Below are positions 1 through 12,861 of a stretch of DNA of 64,000 nt, one piece after another (the stretch's first letter is position 1; every line of letters starts with the position of its first letter). The notes below the pieces were generated by a model that worked only from the letters and a program-made list of their open reading frames with translations, was not told the origin of the DNA and did not search any database. Source of the stretch: Piromyces finnis finn (lineage: Eukaryota > Fungi > Neocallimastigomycota); assembly GCA_002104945.1 (NCBI GenBank), contig MCFH01000003.1:124001-188000 (forward strand), in the 5' to 3' direction. The position numbers and the translations under genes are program-made.

Positions 1-151
1 TAATAATTTATTTTGTTTTAAACTTTAATTATTAATAAATAAATTATGTCTCATTTTCTTTTTCTGAATATAATTTGTGTAACTTAAACAATAATACTTG
101 TGGCTTAAGTTACATTAAAGATATCAAACAGAGGCGTTTGATGTCTTTACA
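1..151 (-). mobile_element. Partial LTR, family A (runs off window edge)
   Basis: Near-identical to 3238-3388 and to the reverse complement of 7630-7780; ends in ...TCTTTACA (TGTAAAGA on the minus strand). Confidence 0.85.
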
Positions 152-175
152 TTAGTTAAATGTATTAGTTAAATA

Positions 176-1264
176 TGTGAAGATATTAACTGGATTGAAA
201 ACAAATTCAGATAATATCTATAATTAATTAAACATAATAATTATAATTAAATAATTTCAATAATTATTTTAAAACACTTTTAAAAGTCACCTTTTAAATT
301 TTGATTCAGTGAAAGGGTTATGATTTCAAAAATTTAATATCAATACACTATAACCCTTAACCAAAAATAAGCAAGTACGAAATAAGGTGTAACTCGCCAA
401 AAACGATCGCTACGGCTGTAAGTGCTACGGTGATGAAACTAGGTTTATTGGAAAGCTTAGGAAGAAAGCTACAATTTGGTACAATCGCGGTCCTTCTAAC
501 TGATCATTTAAGGAAGTTATGATCATTTAAAGATTTTATTAGGTAAATTAAAATCAATATGATATCAAGTATGGATCATAAATATTTCTTATGACTTGAT
601 GAAATTAAAAATATATCAATAGGAATTTTAGTTATATTAATTTAATTAATGATAACGATTGTTACTAAAAATAGAACTAGACCCATTTAGGTGTAACAGT
701 TAACACCTATAAATTAAATAATCTTAATTATTATAAAATAGGTTAACGGCAAGTTTTATTAGAAATAATTTTGAAAATAATAATTATTTAATTATAACAA
801 ATATGTTATGGTAATATCAATTAATAATGATGAATTATTAATTGAATAGTTTTTATAATTACTAATTAGGATCAACTGTTTAAATGATTAATCATATGTT
901 TATTTTATTTTATGTCATGACAAACAAACAAACAAACAATCTTATTACTTATTTAATTATATTACTAATATATTACATGTAATACTTTATTCTTATTAAT
1001 ATCAATTTAATAATCTGAACAAAGAATATAAAAGAAAATGAATTGAATTCGATTTTAATTCTTTGTAAAGATTATAGTTATAATCTTAATTATATAGTTA
1101 CTTATAATATCATTTATATTATTATTATTAAATAAATAAAAAATTTATAAAAAATTATTTTAAAGTAAATATAAATTTTTCATTTTTCATTTGGGAGTTT
1201 AAGGTGTTATTTTATAATTAAATTTAATTTCTTAAAAAACATTTTTACTATATAATTAATAACA
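176..1264. mobile_element. LTR-like repeat, family B (copy 1)
   Basis: Starts TGTGAAGATATT and ends ...TAACA (TG...CA). 176-1051 aligns with 12155-12861 with indels. No TSD (AAATA vs TTCTG), so the right boundary and orientation are uncertain. Confidence 0.6.
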
Positions 1265-2058
1265 TTCTGACCTGGCCGCATAACCAAACCCAAAAACTTA
1301 ACATGTTATCTTATATTGTTTTATCTCGACAGCTATTGTACGAGCTTTAACAATATCTACTAGTTTTATTAATTTATTTTAAGTTATTTTATAGTTTTAA
1401 TAGTTTTATTATTTTAATAATATTTATATAGAATAATAACACCAGATTTATTCTATAAAATATTATTTATTATTAACACAATAATTACAAATTAGACAAG
1501 TTTAATTTCGTTTTATATTTTCTTTTATTTATTGTTCTTACGCTCTTTTTAACAATAATTTTTATTATATAAAAACTTATTTTTGTCTTTTAAATATTAT
1601 TATGTATTCACTAATTAATTATATTAACTATTATTAAAATTTAACTTATTATTAGTAATCTAAGTCTTCTCATTTTCTACTAAAAATTATTATTATTCTT
1701 TATATTAAAAATTATTTTTATAATTTAACCCAATCAAATATATAAATTTATAAAATATTTGATTTTATGTAAATTATATTTTTATGCTAAACTATATAAA
1801 ATTATTTAATAATTATTTTATAATAAAATTTTCTACTAATATCAAATGTATAATATATTTATAATTATTATTTATCATTTTTTTGTAAGAAATAATAATT
1901 ACTTCAATCTAAATAATTAATATTTCTTATTAGTTTAATAATTTATTTATTTATTTAGTTACATAATGTTTTATACACATAATTTATTTATTTAATTTAT
2001 TTAGTTAAATAATATTTTATACATTTGATTTTTAAATAATATTTATATATAAGAATCC

Positions 2059-2645
2059 TGTAATTTAATTGTGTATTACTAATTAATTTACATATTATAT
2101 CTAAACACGGATTTACTTTAGGAAATCGGTATTTTAAGGTTTTCCCGATTATTATAATTGGTTTTACTTAAAATTTACACGATGACTAATATGATTAGAA
2201 TATTGGTCGAAAACTTGTTTAGGTTTTTCTTCTAGTCTTTTCCTAAACATTTAATTTGTTAAGATTAGAACCCATTTATTTAACCTTAATTTCTAATAAA
2301 AATATAAATAAGACACTCTTGAAATTCTTTAGAAATTCAAGAGTTATTATTATAAGAAAAATTAATTATAATAAATAACAAATAATTCTATTTTAATAAA
2401 AAACATATTATTAAAACATAATTTTAATACATCACACTCTTATCCTCCTTCCCATTTGTGTTTTTGTTGTTTATTATAAATCCTTATAATAAACTCGCTA
2501 AGTTCTAATCTTAATGCTATATTTAATTTTTTTATTATTTTTTTTTTCTATATACATATAATTTAATATTAAATTTTAATATTGAGTTATCAATAAGTAA
2601 TTATATTGTACTATTTATTATATACATTACAATATAATTACTACA
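2059..2645 (+). mobile_element. Putative 5' LTR of gypsy element X
   Basis: TGTA...TACA termini; TATAAATA at 2303; hairpin 2315-2344; U5 inverted repeat 2596-2610/2628-2642; lies upstream of the gag-pol at 3617; a diverged relative lies at 14421-14660. The left boundary is tentative. Confidence 0.55.
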
Positions 2646-2657
2646 ATAATAACTCTT
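2646..2657 (+). promoter_or_regulatory. Putative self-priming PBS of element X
   Basis: AATAATAACTCTT (2645-2657) is the exact reverse complement of AAGAGTTATTATT (2339-2351), which starts 36 nt after the TATA box. Confidence 0.55.
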
Positions 2658-2785
2658 CTCCAACAAACATTGAAAAAAAAAAAAATACACCAATCAAAAA
2701 AAAAAAAAAAAATTTTTTTTAAAACCAATCAATCAAACAAGATATATATATATAAAAAAAAAAAAAAAAAAATAGAATAAAATAA

Positions 2786-3388
2786 TGTAATGGCGACACA
2801 GAAAGAATAGATTAGGATATCTATTCTATTACAATAACACTAAATTTAAAATAAAAATAAAAATTGTTTTATTAAAAATATCTTTTATTATAATAGAATT
2901 TTAATAATAACAATTACATCGATAAAATGATGAAAAATATCTTCTATTTATATTTTTCCTAAATACATTTATATTATATTATAACTATTTATTTCTTATA
3001 TATTATTATTTAAAATCTACACTAAAATCTTAATTATTAATAAATATTTAAACTATAACTATTTTTAGTAAAATACAATTGGCAATTCAAATTAAGTACT
3101 ATTTAATTTGAATATGTGCCCATGTATTATTGATATATTAATCATTTATTATTTATCTATTTCTATAAAAAAACAATACTAAAACTAGGGATTTAAATTG
3201 AGAATATTAATTTACTTGTTAAACATTAAAAATAAATTAATAATTTATTTTGTTTTAAACTTTAATTATTAATAAATAAATTATGTCTCATTTTCTTTTT
3301 CTGAATATAATTTGTGTAACTTAAACAATAATACTTGTGGCTTAAGTTACATTAAAGATATCAAACAGAGGCGTTTGATATCTTTACA
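2786..3388 (-). mobile_element. Solo LTR, family A, inserted in the leader of element X
   Basis: TGTAA...TTACA termini, 5-bp TSD AATAA (2781-2785 and 3389-3393), highly similar to the reverse complement of 7630-8235. Confidence 0.9.
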
Positions 3389-3616
3389 AATAAAATATTA
3401 AACCAATCAATTAAAAAAAAAAAAAAAAAAAAAGAATAATAATAATAATAATTAGAATTAGAATAATAATAATTAGAATAATAAAAAAAAAAAAAAAAAA
3501 ATAAAATAAAATAAAATAAAATAAAATAATTATATATTTATATATATTTCCATCACTAATACTATTTTTTTTTTATATATATAATATATTATTTCAATAA
3601 TATTGGAAAAAATAAT

Positions 3617-6600
3617 ATGGACTACCCCGAACGTAATGAAATAAATATTGCTCAAAATATTAATGAAAAAAATAATGGAGTACAAGATCCCCAAACTTCC
3701 AAGCTTATCACAGCTATTACTGATTTCATTCCTGCTTTTTTTTCCCCTAATGGCATCCTTTCTAAAGAGAATGAAACAAAAAATCCAGCAAATATACTTG
3801 AAACTTTAATTCAAAGTGAAGAATTTTTTAAGGAACATCCAGAATCCTTTAGAAATGAAGAATCAAGAACCTCTTTTGTAATCAATAAATTGTCTGGAAA
3901 TGCAAGAAAATGGGGACTCTCCCTCTTAATAGATGGAACTATTAAGAAAATAAGCTATGATCAATTTAAGAATCTTCTACTGGATAATTTCGATGTTGGA
4001 AGTGAAAGGAAGCAGAAATATGTGATAATGGAAAAGCTGTGGAAACTTAAGCAACTCCAGTTAGGTAGTGTTGTTGAATACACTATCGAATTTCGAAGGT
4101 TGGCTGGACGTCTAGGATGGCCTGATGAAGTACTAATTGATATAATTGGAAAAGGTCTTGATAATCGTGTTCGTGACGAATTTGATAAGTTAGAAAAACC
4201 CAATTCATTATTTGATGCAACTAACATAATCATAGGATTAGATAAGAAATGTTATTTAGAAAATTGTCTAAGGGAAAAGAACAGAAATTCTAGAGATAGC
4301 AAATCCTATTTTAAAAGGAGAAAAGAACTAAACAAAATAGAAAAACACTCAAAGCACTTTCATCAAAGGAAAAATAAATTCAAAAATGACATACTCTCTG
4401 CAAATTATACTCCGAATGGGAAGACATCCATTACTACATCATTTTACCTATTTGTAAATGGAAAAAACGTAAAGGTAAATTTACTAATAGATTCAGGTTC
4501 TGCAAGAAGTTTTATATGTAAGAACTTTGCTAACAATACCAAAATTCAAACTTCTGGACTCTCCTCTCCCATAAACATTCAACTTCCAAACGGAAAGAGT
4601 ATGACAATAAAGCAAACTACCAAACCTCTGAAGTTGAAGATAATGGACCATTCAGAGACTTTTGAGTTTTGCATTGCTGACCTCTCTCTTCAAGGTATTA
4701 ATGGAATTCTCGGAAGGGATTGGTTATCCTTACACAACCCCTTCATCAATTATAAAACCAATAAAATTTACTTCATCGGTAGTTTCTGTGGGTCTCACTG
4801 TCCCTCCTCAAAAAAGAACAAAATTTTTAGACAATACGATAATATTACTGCTTCCATGGTAGAAGATAAGGAAGCAAATAAGAAAAATAATCTCGATTCT
4901 ATTATTCCTGATATGATCTCTGAGGATGATCTTCTTGATACAGACTTTTGCGCAGCTATGCCTATTGGTGAAGAAACAAATAACAATGATCAGACTAAGT
5001 ATGTGATAATTAGCCAGTATTACTCTGACCTTAAATCAGTTTTTGAAAAGAAAGAAGCCGAGAAACTACCACCTCACCGGGAATATGATATTTCTATAGA
5101 CCTTATCCCTGGTGGTCAATTATATTTTGGACCAATATACTCCCTCACTGTACCCGAAATGAACACGTTAAAGGAGTATATTAAAGATAATTTAAAAAAG
5201 AACTTCATTAGAAAATCCAAATCGCCTGCTGGAGCCCCAGTTCTCTTTGTTAAGAAACATGATGGAACCCTTAGATTGTGTGTTGATTACAGACGTCTGA
5301 ATGCCATCACCATTCGTAATAGCTACCCGATCCCAAGAATCAATGATCTAATTGAATCTTTTAAAGGCGCTAATATTTATACCCGCTTAGACCTCAGATC
5401 TGCATACAATTTGGTAAGGGTTAAAGAAGGTCACGAATATCTCACTGCTTTCAGGACACCGTTAGGGCATTTCGAATATCTGGTGATGCCTTTTGGATTA
5501 AGAAATGCTCCATCTGTATTTCAACGTTTTGTCCAAGATACCCTTAACAACACCATAGGATCCTTTGTGCAAGTATATCTTGATGATATCATCATCTACT
5601 CTTGTTCCCTCCAAGAGCATATAAATCACGTTCGGATAGTTCTTAAATTACTCCTGGATAATGGATTATACGTTAAGTTGGAGAAATGTGACTTTCATGT
5701 TTCTGAAACTACATTCTTAGGTTTTACTGTTTCTACTAAGGGTTTGTCTATGGATAAGAATAAGGTTAAGTCAGTATTAGACTGGCCGATACCAAAAAAT
5801 ATTAAGGAATTACAAAGCTTTCTTGGTCTTTGTAATTTCTACAGAAAATTCATCAAAGATTTCGCTTCTTACATGAAACCTTTGCGTAAATTGCTAAAAA
5901 AGGGTAATGAATTTATTTGGGATGACTGTGCTGAAAACTCTTTTAATAAATTAAAGGACGCATTTAGAGTCGGAGAAATATTAATCTTTCCTGATCCGGA
6001 AAAAGAGTATATTGTCGAAACCGACGCAAGCGATTTTGCTGTTGGTTGTGTTCTCTCCCAAATCAGCGATCTTGATAATTTATTACATCCAGTTGCCTTC
6101 CACTCCAGATCACTTAACAATGCCGAAACTAATTATACTATATACGATAAAGAACTTTTGGCAATTATAACTGCTTTCGATACCTGGAGACACCATCTGG
6201 AAGGTGCTAAGTACCCCGTTCAGATAATTACAGATCACAAAAATCTGTTATATCTTAAGAAGCCTCAGCATCTAAACCATAGGCAGATACGCTGGAGCCT
6301 TTTTCTTTCTAAATTTGATTTTAGAATTGCATTCAGGCCAGGTTCAAAAAGTGGGAAACCCGACGCGTTATCAAGACGACCAGACTATAAAAAAAACACT
6401 AATATGAAACCTGTAACGATATTTAATAATAATGATGTATTTTGTTGCTCAATGAATGATAATATTGACAACCTTATCAGTGCTCAAAAAGGCGACAAAT
6501 TTTGTCGAAATACTTTAAATAAAATTAAATCGAGCTCCGGAAACATTAATAGTTCATTATTTAGTCTTATTGATGGTGTTTTACATTTCCAAAAACGCAT

Positions 6601-6682
6601 CATCGTTCCATCTTCGCTCAAGGTAAGATTACTTAAATCCTTCCATGATGCTCCAACTAGTGGCCATCAGGGAAGGATTTAG
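3617..6682 (+). mobile_element. Ty3/gypsy (chromovirus-like) gag-pol ORF of element X, 3'-truncated at the start of integrase
   Basis: Single ORF with gag, protease LLIDSGSA, RT (SPAGAPVLFVKKHDGTLRLCVDYR, YLDD) and RNase H (VETDASDFAVG, DHKNL). It stops just after the integrase HDAPTSGHQG motif at a junction with unrelated sequence. Confidence 0.93.
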
Positions 6683-6691
6683 TAGTTTAGT

Positions 6692-7129
6692 AGTTTCGAA
6701 TTATTATATGGTAGAAGAGACACATGGCCATTAGAAATAATGTTTCCTGATATTTATAAAGATCCTAATGAAACAGAAGAAGAATATATTTTTAGAAGAT
6801 TTTTAAGGCATCAAAATTGGGTAAAACAAGTTACTGAATATTCTAATCATGCTAACCAATATTATTAACATAGAATAGGTTTATCCAAAGTTTTATAGAA
6901 AACTTATAAACCGGGTGATTATGTTATGATAAGATTAATAGGAAGAAGTAAATTAAATCCTTATTTTTATGGTCCTTATAAAGTTGTTAATAAACAAAAA
7001 TTTAATACTGTTGTACTTGAAGATCCACATACAGGAAAACTACTTGATAGAAATGTAAATATTAAAAATATTTTTCCTTACGTTCTACCAGAACAAAATT
7101 TAACTTCAAGGGACGAAGTTAATTCTTAA
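6692..7129 (+). pseudogene. Integrase C-terminal fragment of a non-chromodomain gypsy family (E'), with nonsense codons
   Basis: Reads SFELLYGRRD...YKPGDYVMIR...YFYGPYKVV (GPY/F region) with two in-frame stops; homologous to 10052-10448. Confidence 0.75.
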
Positions 7130-7142
7130 AAGGCCGAGAAAT

Positions 7143-7472
7143 TGATAAATAATGAAATTAATAAATATAAAATTGTTATTATACTTGATTTTTAAGTTAA
7201 CCTTAAAAGTAACTTAAAACAAGCTATAGTTTAATTAATTACTTTACCAAAATTCTAAAATGAAATTAATCCTTAACACTGCATATATTTTGAATATTGA
7301 AAGAAAATAATAAACTTTAATTAATCGAGATCAAAATATATAACTTTTGTTAAATTAATTGTTAAATTAAATATTTAATAACTTCTTTAGTAAATTGCAC
7401 TTAAGAGTAATATTGAATTTTTCGATAAATAATAAATCGGATTTAAAAAAAAGTGATTTTAATATTGTAACA
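7143..7472 (+). mobile_element. Probable 3' LTR of element E'
   Basis: Follows the integrase stop and purine-rich AAAAGGCCGAGAAAT; TG...TAACA; an unrelated reading frame starts immediately at 7473. Confidence 0.5.
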
Positions 7473-8764
7473 GTCAATGATATAAATTCAAAAATTAATG
7501 ATTTGAATGATAAAATAGAGGAAATTTTTGATAAATTTAAAAATATAAATAGTAATAAAAATTGAGTAATAATGAAAAAAAGGAAAAAAGAAAAAAATCT
7601 TTTGGAAGATATTTAGTGGAAAAACAAAGTGTAAAGATATCAAACGCCTCTGTTTGATATCTTTAATGTAACTTAAGCCACAAGTATTATTGTTTAAGTT
7701 ACACAAATTATATTCAGAAAAAGAAAATGAGACATAATTTATTTATTAATAATTAAAGTTTAAAACATAATAAATTATTAATTTATTTTTAATATTTAAC
7801 AAGTAAATTAATATTCTCAATTTAAATCCCTAGTTTTAGTATTGTTTTTTTATAGAAATAGATAAATAATAAATGATTAATATATCAATAATACATGGGC
7901 ACATATTCAAATTAAATAGTACTTAATTTGAATTGCCAATTGTATTTTACTAAAAATAGTTATAGTTTAAATATTTATTAATAATTAAGATTTTAGTGTA
8001 GATTTTAAATAATAATATATAAGAAATAAATAGTTATAATATAATATAAATGTATTTAGGAAAAATATAAATAGAAGATATTTTTCATCATTTTATCGAT
8101 GTAATTGTTATTATTAAAATTCTATTATAATAAAAGATATTTTATAAAACAATTTTTTATTTTATTTTTTCAAATTTTTGTGTTATTGTAATAGAATAGA
8201 TATCCTAATCTATTCTTTCAGTGTTCAACATTACACAAAGAGAATTTAAATGCCATTTTAAAAGATTTAGAAAAAAATTATAATACAAAGGATAATTTTT
8301 ATCTTGATTTTGAATATGGTGAAAATATAAAAATTATTAAAAAAAACATTTAAATATTAGGCGAAGGTATCGATAAATATTGTATGGAAAGTTATAAGTT
8401 CAATGATAAAAATGATAGCAACAATAGTAATAGTGAAAAGTACTTTGCTTTGGATATCAAGGAAGAAGCTGATTTCAAAAATAAAAAGAATTATGTAAAT
8501 TATTTAGTTAGTGGTGATGGGAAAAAGTATGTATAAGTTGATAATAATTATTTTTATAATGCCAGAATTAACAACTTTAATCATAATTACTTTGAATCGA
8601 TTGATAGTCTTAATCCACAAGATCCATTCACAGATTATGAAAATACTTCTATTATGAATTCTATTAAAAATTCTGAATTCCAAAATGGTATGATTATAGA
8701 AGAGTTTAAAGAAAAATTTAGCAGTGAATTTCGTTCTAAAGAGACTTTACAAAATTCAAACTAA
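7473..8764 (+). pseudogene. Orphan protein-coding relic split by a solo LTR
   Basis: Removing 7630-8235 and one TSD copy restores a coding-like frame (WKNKENLNAILKDLEKNYNTKDNFYLDFEYGE...YFALDIKEEADF...VNYLVSGDGKKY...) with three in-frame stops and a frameshift; family not recognised. Confidence 0.65.
7630..8235 (+). mobile_element. Solo LTR, family A
   Basis: TGTAAAG...CATTACA, 5-bp TSD CAAAG (7625-7629 and 8236-8240). Confidence 0.92.
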
Positions 8765-8772
8765 TAAGAAAA

Positions 8773-8826
<54 letters not shown>

Positions 8827-9276
8827 TGTAAAGAAATGTGTCTTTAACAATAAAAACAAATTATAATATTTACTAAATAACTTAGTAATATTAACACTTT
8901 AAAATATTCTGTAAATTATTAATTTATAAAAATATCATTAAAAACACATAGAATTTAACTTAATAAGTTAGTGTTTAATAATATAATTATTTATTAATAA
9001 AATCTCGATTCTTTAAAATATTTGGGAAAATTCACTCGTATTTATACTAAAAATTTTTTAAATTAATTTATAAAATTTTTTCAACTTAAAATTCTTAACC
9101 AATCAATAATCTTCATATAAAATAAAATTTAAAAATAAAATATTGATAAATTTGATATTAATAAATTGTTTAATAATAAAATTGATATTGATAATGATAT
9201 TAATAAGTTTTGATAATAATAATAATTGTGATTTTAATATTAATAATAAATATAATTTGAATTTTTTAACTATTTT

Positions 9277-10053
9277 TTATTTCTTTCTATTAAATTTTTT
9301 AAGTAGCCCCTTGCAATTTAGATTTTCTTCAGGCTCCCACGAAGCTTCATTGATTGAATACCCTTTCCATTTAATCAGGTATTGTATTTTTCCGTAATGT
9401 CTTCTTTTATCCAGAATTTCTTCAACTTCGTATTCTTCTTCATTGTCAACGGTAATAGGTGGCGGTGGTGGTTGAGATCTTCCAAATTTATCTTCGACAT
9501 ATTTCTCGAGATTGGATACATGAATAACTGGATGAATCTTAATAGATTTTGGGAGACCTAATTTAAATGTAACATTTGATATTTTTTCCAAGATTTTGTA
9601 TGGGCCGAGTTTTCTTGGCTTAAATTTTTTATTTCCTTTGTGGATAATTAAAGAACTATCCAGCCAAACTTTGTCACCAACTTTAAAATTCGGAGCTTCT
9701 TTTCTACGTTTGTCAGCATGCTTCTTCTGGGTTTCCATGGCAGATTTTAAATTTTCTTTTAAGGTATTAATTAAAGTTTTAAAATCTCTTATAAACTCTT
9801 CTGCTCTTGGGACTTTAGATAAGTCTGGAATAACTGGTGAATATTTTGGATGAAAGCCGTAATTCAAAAAGAATGGAGAAAATTTGGATGATTCTTGGAC
9901 TACGTTGTTATAACTAAATTCTGCAAGACTAAGAAAACTTTTCCAATTTGAACCTTTATAATTTGAGAAACATCTTAAATATTGTTCTATAACGGAGTTC
10001 GCCCTCTCCGTCTGACCATTTGATTGATGATGAAAAGGAGTAGACAACTTAAG
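9277..10053 (-). mobile_element. Chromovirus integrase C-half plus chromodomain fragment
   Basis: [29 protein letters not shown] and chromodomain [12 protein letters not shown]...YLIKWKGY...SWEPEENL; closely similar to the C-terminus of ORF 21818-26053; 5' part missing. Confidence 0.92.
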
Positions 10054-10448
10054 TTTATGGTAGGGAAGACCAACAACCTTTTGATATAGCTGCCCGACCC
10101 ACTAAAGATCAAAACAAGAGTTCTGATGAAATTCTTTTGGAAAAGTTTATAAATCACTACCGATGGACCCTAGAAGCTGCTGAAAATGTAAAGACGGCTA
10201 ATAAATATTGGTCTATGAGAAGAGAAGAAAAATTAAGTATGAACCAAGCTAAGAAAATAAAAGTAGGTGACCTAGTTTTGGTAAGAAACTTCAGTAGAAC
10301 AAAATTGGAACCTTACTTTGTAGGACCTCTCAAAGTGGTCCAGAAACAGTTCAATACAGTAGTCTTAGCAGACCCAGAAACTGGAGTACTAATGAACAGA
10401 AATGTACATTTCAAAAATGTCGTTAAATATAACTCAGCAACGGAGTAG
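10052..10448 (+). mobile_element. Integrase C-terminal fragment, gypsy family E; probable PPT and LTR start (TGTTAAGG) at 10473
   Basis: [11 protein letters not shown]...KIKVGDLVLVRNFSRTKLEPYFVGPLKVV...RNVH; followed by AACGAAGGGCATTC then TG; paralogous to 6692-7129. Confidence 0.75.
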
Positions 10449-12154
10449 CTTGAGTTTTAACGAAGGGCATTCTGTTAAGGAATGAACATAAATAGTTGAA
10501 TTAGCTAGAATTTTAGGATTTAACCTTCAACTATTTATATTCCTTACTAGTGTTTAACTCTATTTTTAAAATATAAAAATTATAATATATAATTTTTATA
10601 CATTTTTCTAGTAATTATTAATATTTTTATTATATAGTTATATTATTTGTATATAGTTATTTAAGACCTTTATTATTAGTATTAGTATAATTACTTATAA
10701 TATTTTATACTTATAAAATTTTACAAAATTTTATTATTAAAATAGTTATAGGTATTTTATTATTATTTAAGGTTTATTTTATTAATTAACTTTATTGTAT
10801 AATATTTTATAATTTGAAATTATGACATGGAATTTAATTATAATTTTTACTAAAAGAGGCAACTGTTACACACAAAACAGAAGATACCTCGACAGAAAAA
10901 TTATTATTTATGTCTAAAAAAGGGCATAATTAATTGAATAATATAATTTTATTATATGTCATAATTAAATATATAATATATGATATGCAAAAATGTTACA
11001 CATATCATAAATTAAAAATTTATTAATTATAAATTAAAAATTTTTCTATTCAAATATTAAGAGATTATTCATAATATATATTAAGGATTTAATTAATATA
11101 TGTTACAGTGAATGATCCATATATTATGAATGAAATCAATTTAAATCCTTAGCTATCCAAAACCATTAAATTTCAAATAATGGATAGTTGGAAAAAGTAC
11201 GAGGATTTTTGAGAAAAATTTTAAAAATTGAAAAATCAAAAATAAATTAAATGAATAAAAATTAAAATTAAATAAATTTTTATTTTTATAATTATTCAAG
11301 TGTTTTGTGATATCTTATTTGAACCGTAGCACATTACAATAATAATAATGTAAAATATTCTAAAGTTCAGGTTTGTATAAAACACTAAACTAACAATTAA
11401 ACTAATTATTTTTAATAATAATTTTTATTTATTTATTTATTTATTTTTAAAACTATACTAACTAAACAACCGTTGATTACTTTACCGTGAAGGATATTTC
11501 ACCAGAGCCCTCACTAGGTAATCAATTTATATTTATTTAAAACTAAAATTATTAATCTAAACTATAAACTAATTATAAACTAATGTTAATTTATCTAAAC
11601 AAAATTAACCTATACGATTTTCCAACTATCGTTTCAATAGTTGAAAAATTCTCTTTATTTATACTTTTTAAATAAATTGAATAAATTCTAATATACATGT
11701 TTTAATATTATAATTTTACACTGTTTACATTTATACATTTATTAAAAGAAATTATTTGTATTAAACTATTTAAATTCAATTTATTTACTAAAGAATTTTC
11801 TAAACTTAAAATAAAGTTTTGATTTATTTACTATATGGTTGATTATATTTCAAACATATATTCAATTTATTTATTTCTAATTTTGAGGCTTAGTTTATAA
11901 AAAAAATTTTTTATTATCTAAAATATTTATTGGTTAAAATTTATTTAATTTAAAATTTTATTTTATCATCAAAAACTTTATCTTATCATAAAATTAAATT
12001 TTACATAAATTTATGTTAATGTATTGTGATATGAATTTTATGGAAATTTACGGTACATTAATTTAATACATTATACATTATTTTAAATATGTATTAAATA
12101 CATTATTCTATTAATACAATATTTTACAAATAATAATAATAATAATATTAATAA

Positions 12155-12861
12155 TGTGAAGATATTAACTGGATTTAAAACAAATTCAGATAATATCTAT
12201 AATTAATTAAACATAATAATTAGAATTAAATAATCCCAATAATTATTTTAAAACACCTTTAAAAGTCACCTTTTAAATTTTGGTTCAGTGAAAGGGTTAT
12301 GATTTCAAAAAATTTAATATCAATACACTATAACCCTTAACCAAAAATAAACAAACACGAAACAAGTGCTACGGCTATGAAACCAAGTTTATTAGAAAGC
12401 TTAAGGAAAAAGCTACATTTTGGTACAATCGCGGTCCTTCTAACTGGTCATTTAAGGAAGATATGATCATTTGAAGATTTTAATAAGTAAATTAAAATTA
12501 ATATGATATCAAGTATGGATCATAGACATTTCTTATGACTTGATGAAAATTAAAAAGATATCAATAGAAATTCTAATTATATTAATTTAATTAATGATAG
12601 TGACTGTTACTAAAAATAGAACTAAACCATTTAGGTGTAACAGTTAACATTTATAAATTAAATAATTTTAATTATTATAAAATAGGTTAATGGATCAAGT
12701 GTTTAAATGATTAATCATATGTTTATTTTATTTTATGTCATGACAAAACAAACAAACAAACAAACAATCTTATTATATTATTAACATATTACATGTAATA
12801 CTTTATTTTTATCAATTTAATAATCTGAACAAAGAATATAAAATAGAATGAATTGAATTTG
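12155..12861. mobile_element. LTR-like repeat, family B (copy 2, truncated)
   Basis: Collinear with 176-1051 starting at the same TGTGAAGATATT; cut off by the family C LTR at 12862. Confidence 0.8.

Noticed and set aside
6840-8540. RIP-like mutation suggested by five TAA/TAG stops at apparent Gln codons
   Set aside because: CAA/CAG-to-stop changes are CpA transitions by definition, so this is ascertainment bias. Young repeats (D LTRs, A LTRs) show no hypermutation.
3617-10053. Element X and the inverted integrase-chromodomain fragment as two halves of one inverted element
   Set aside because: About 150 aa of integrase would still be missing, and no X-type LTR is visible to the left of 9277. 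Not excluded, but unsupported.
11101-12128. Possible additional solo LTR (TGTTACA...TTTTACA)
   Set aside because: No TSD and no homologous copy in the window.
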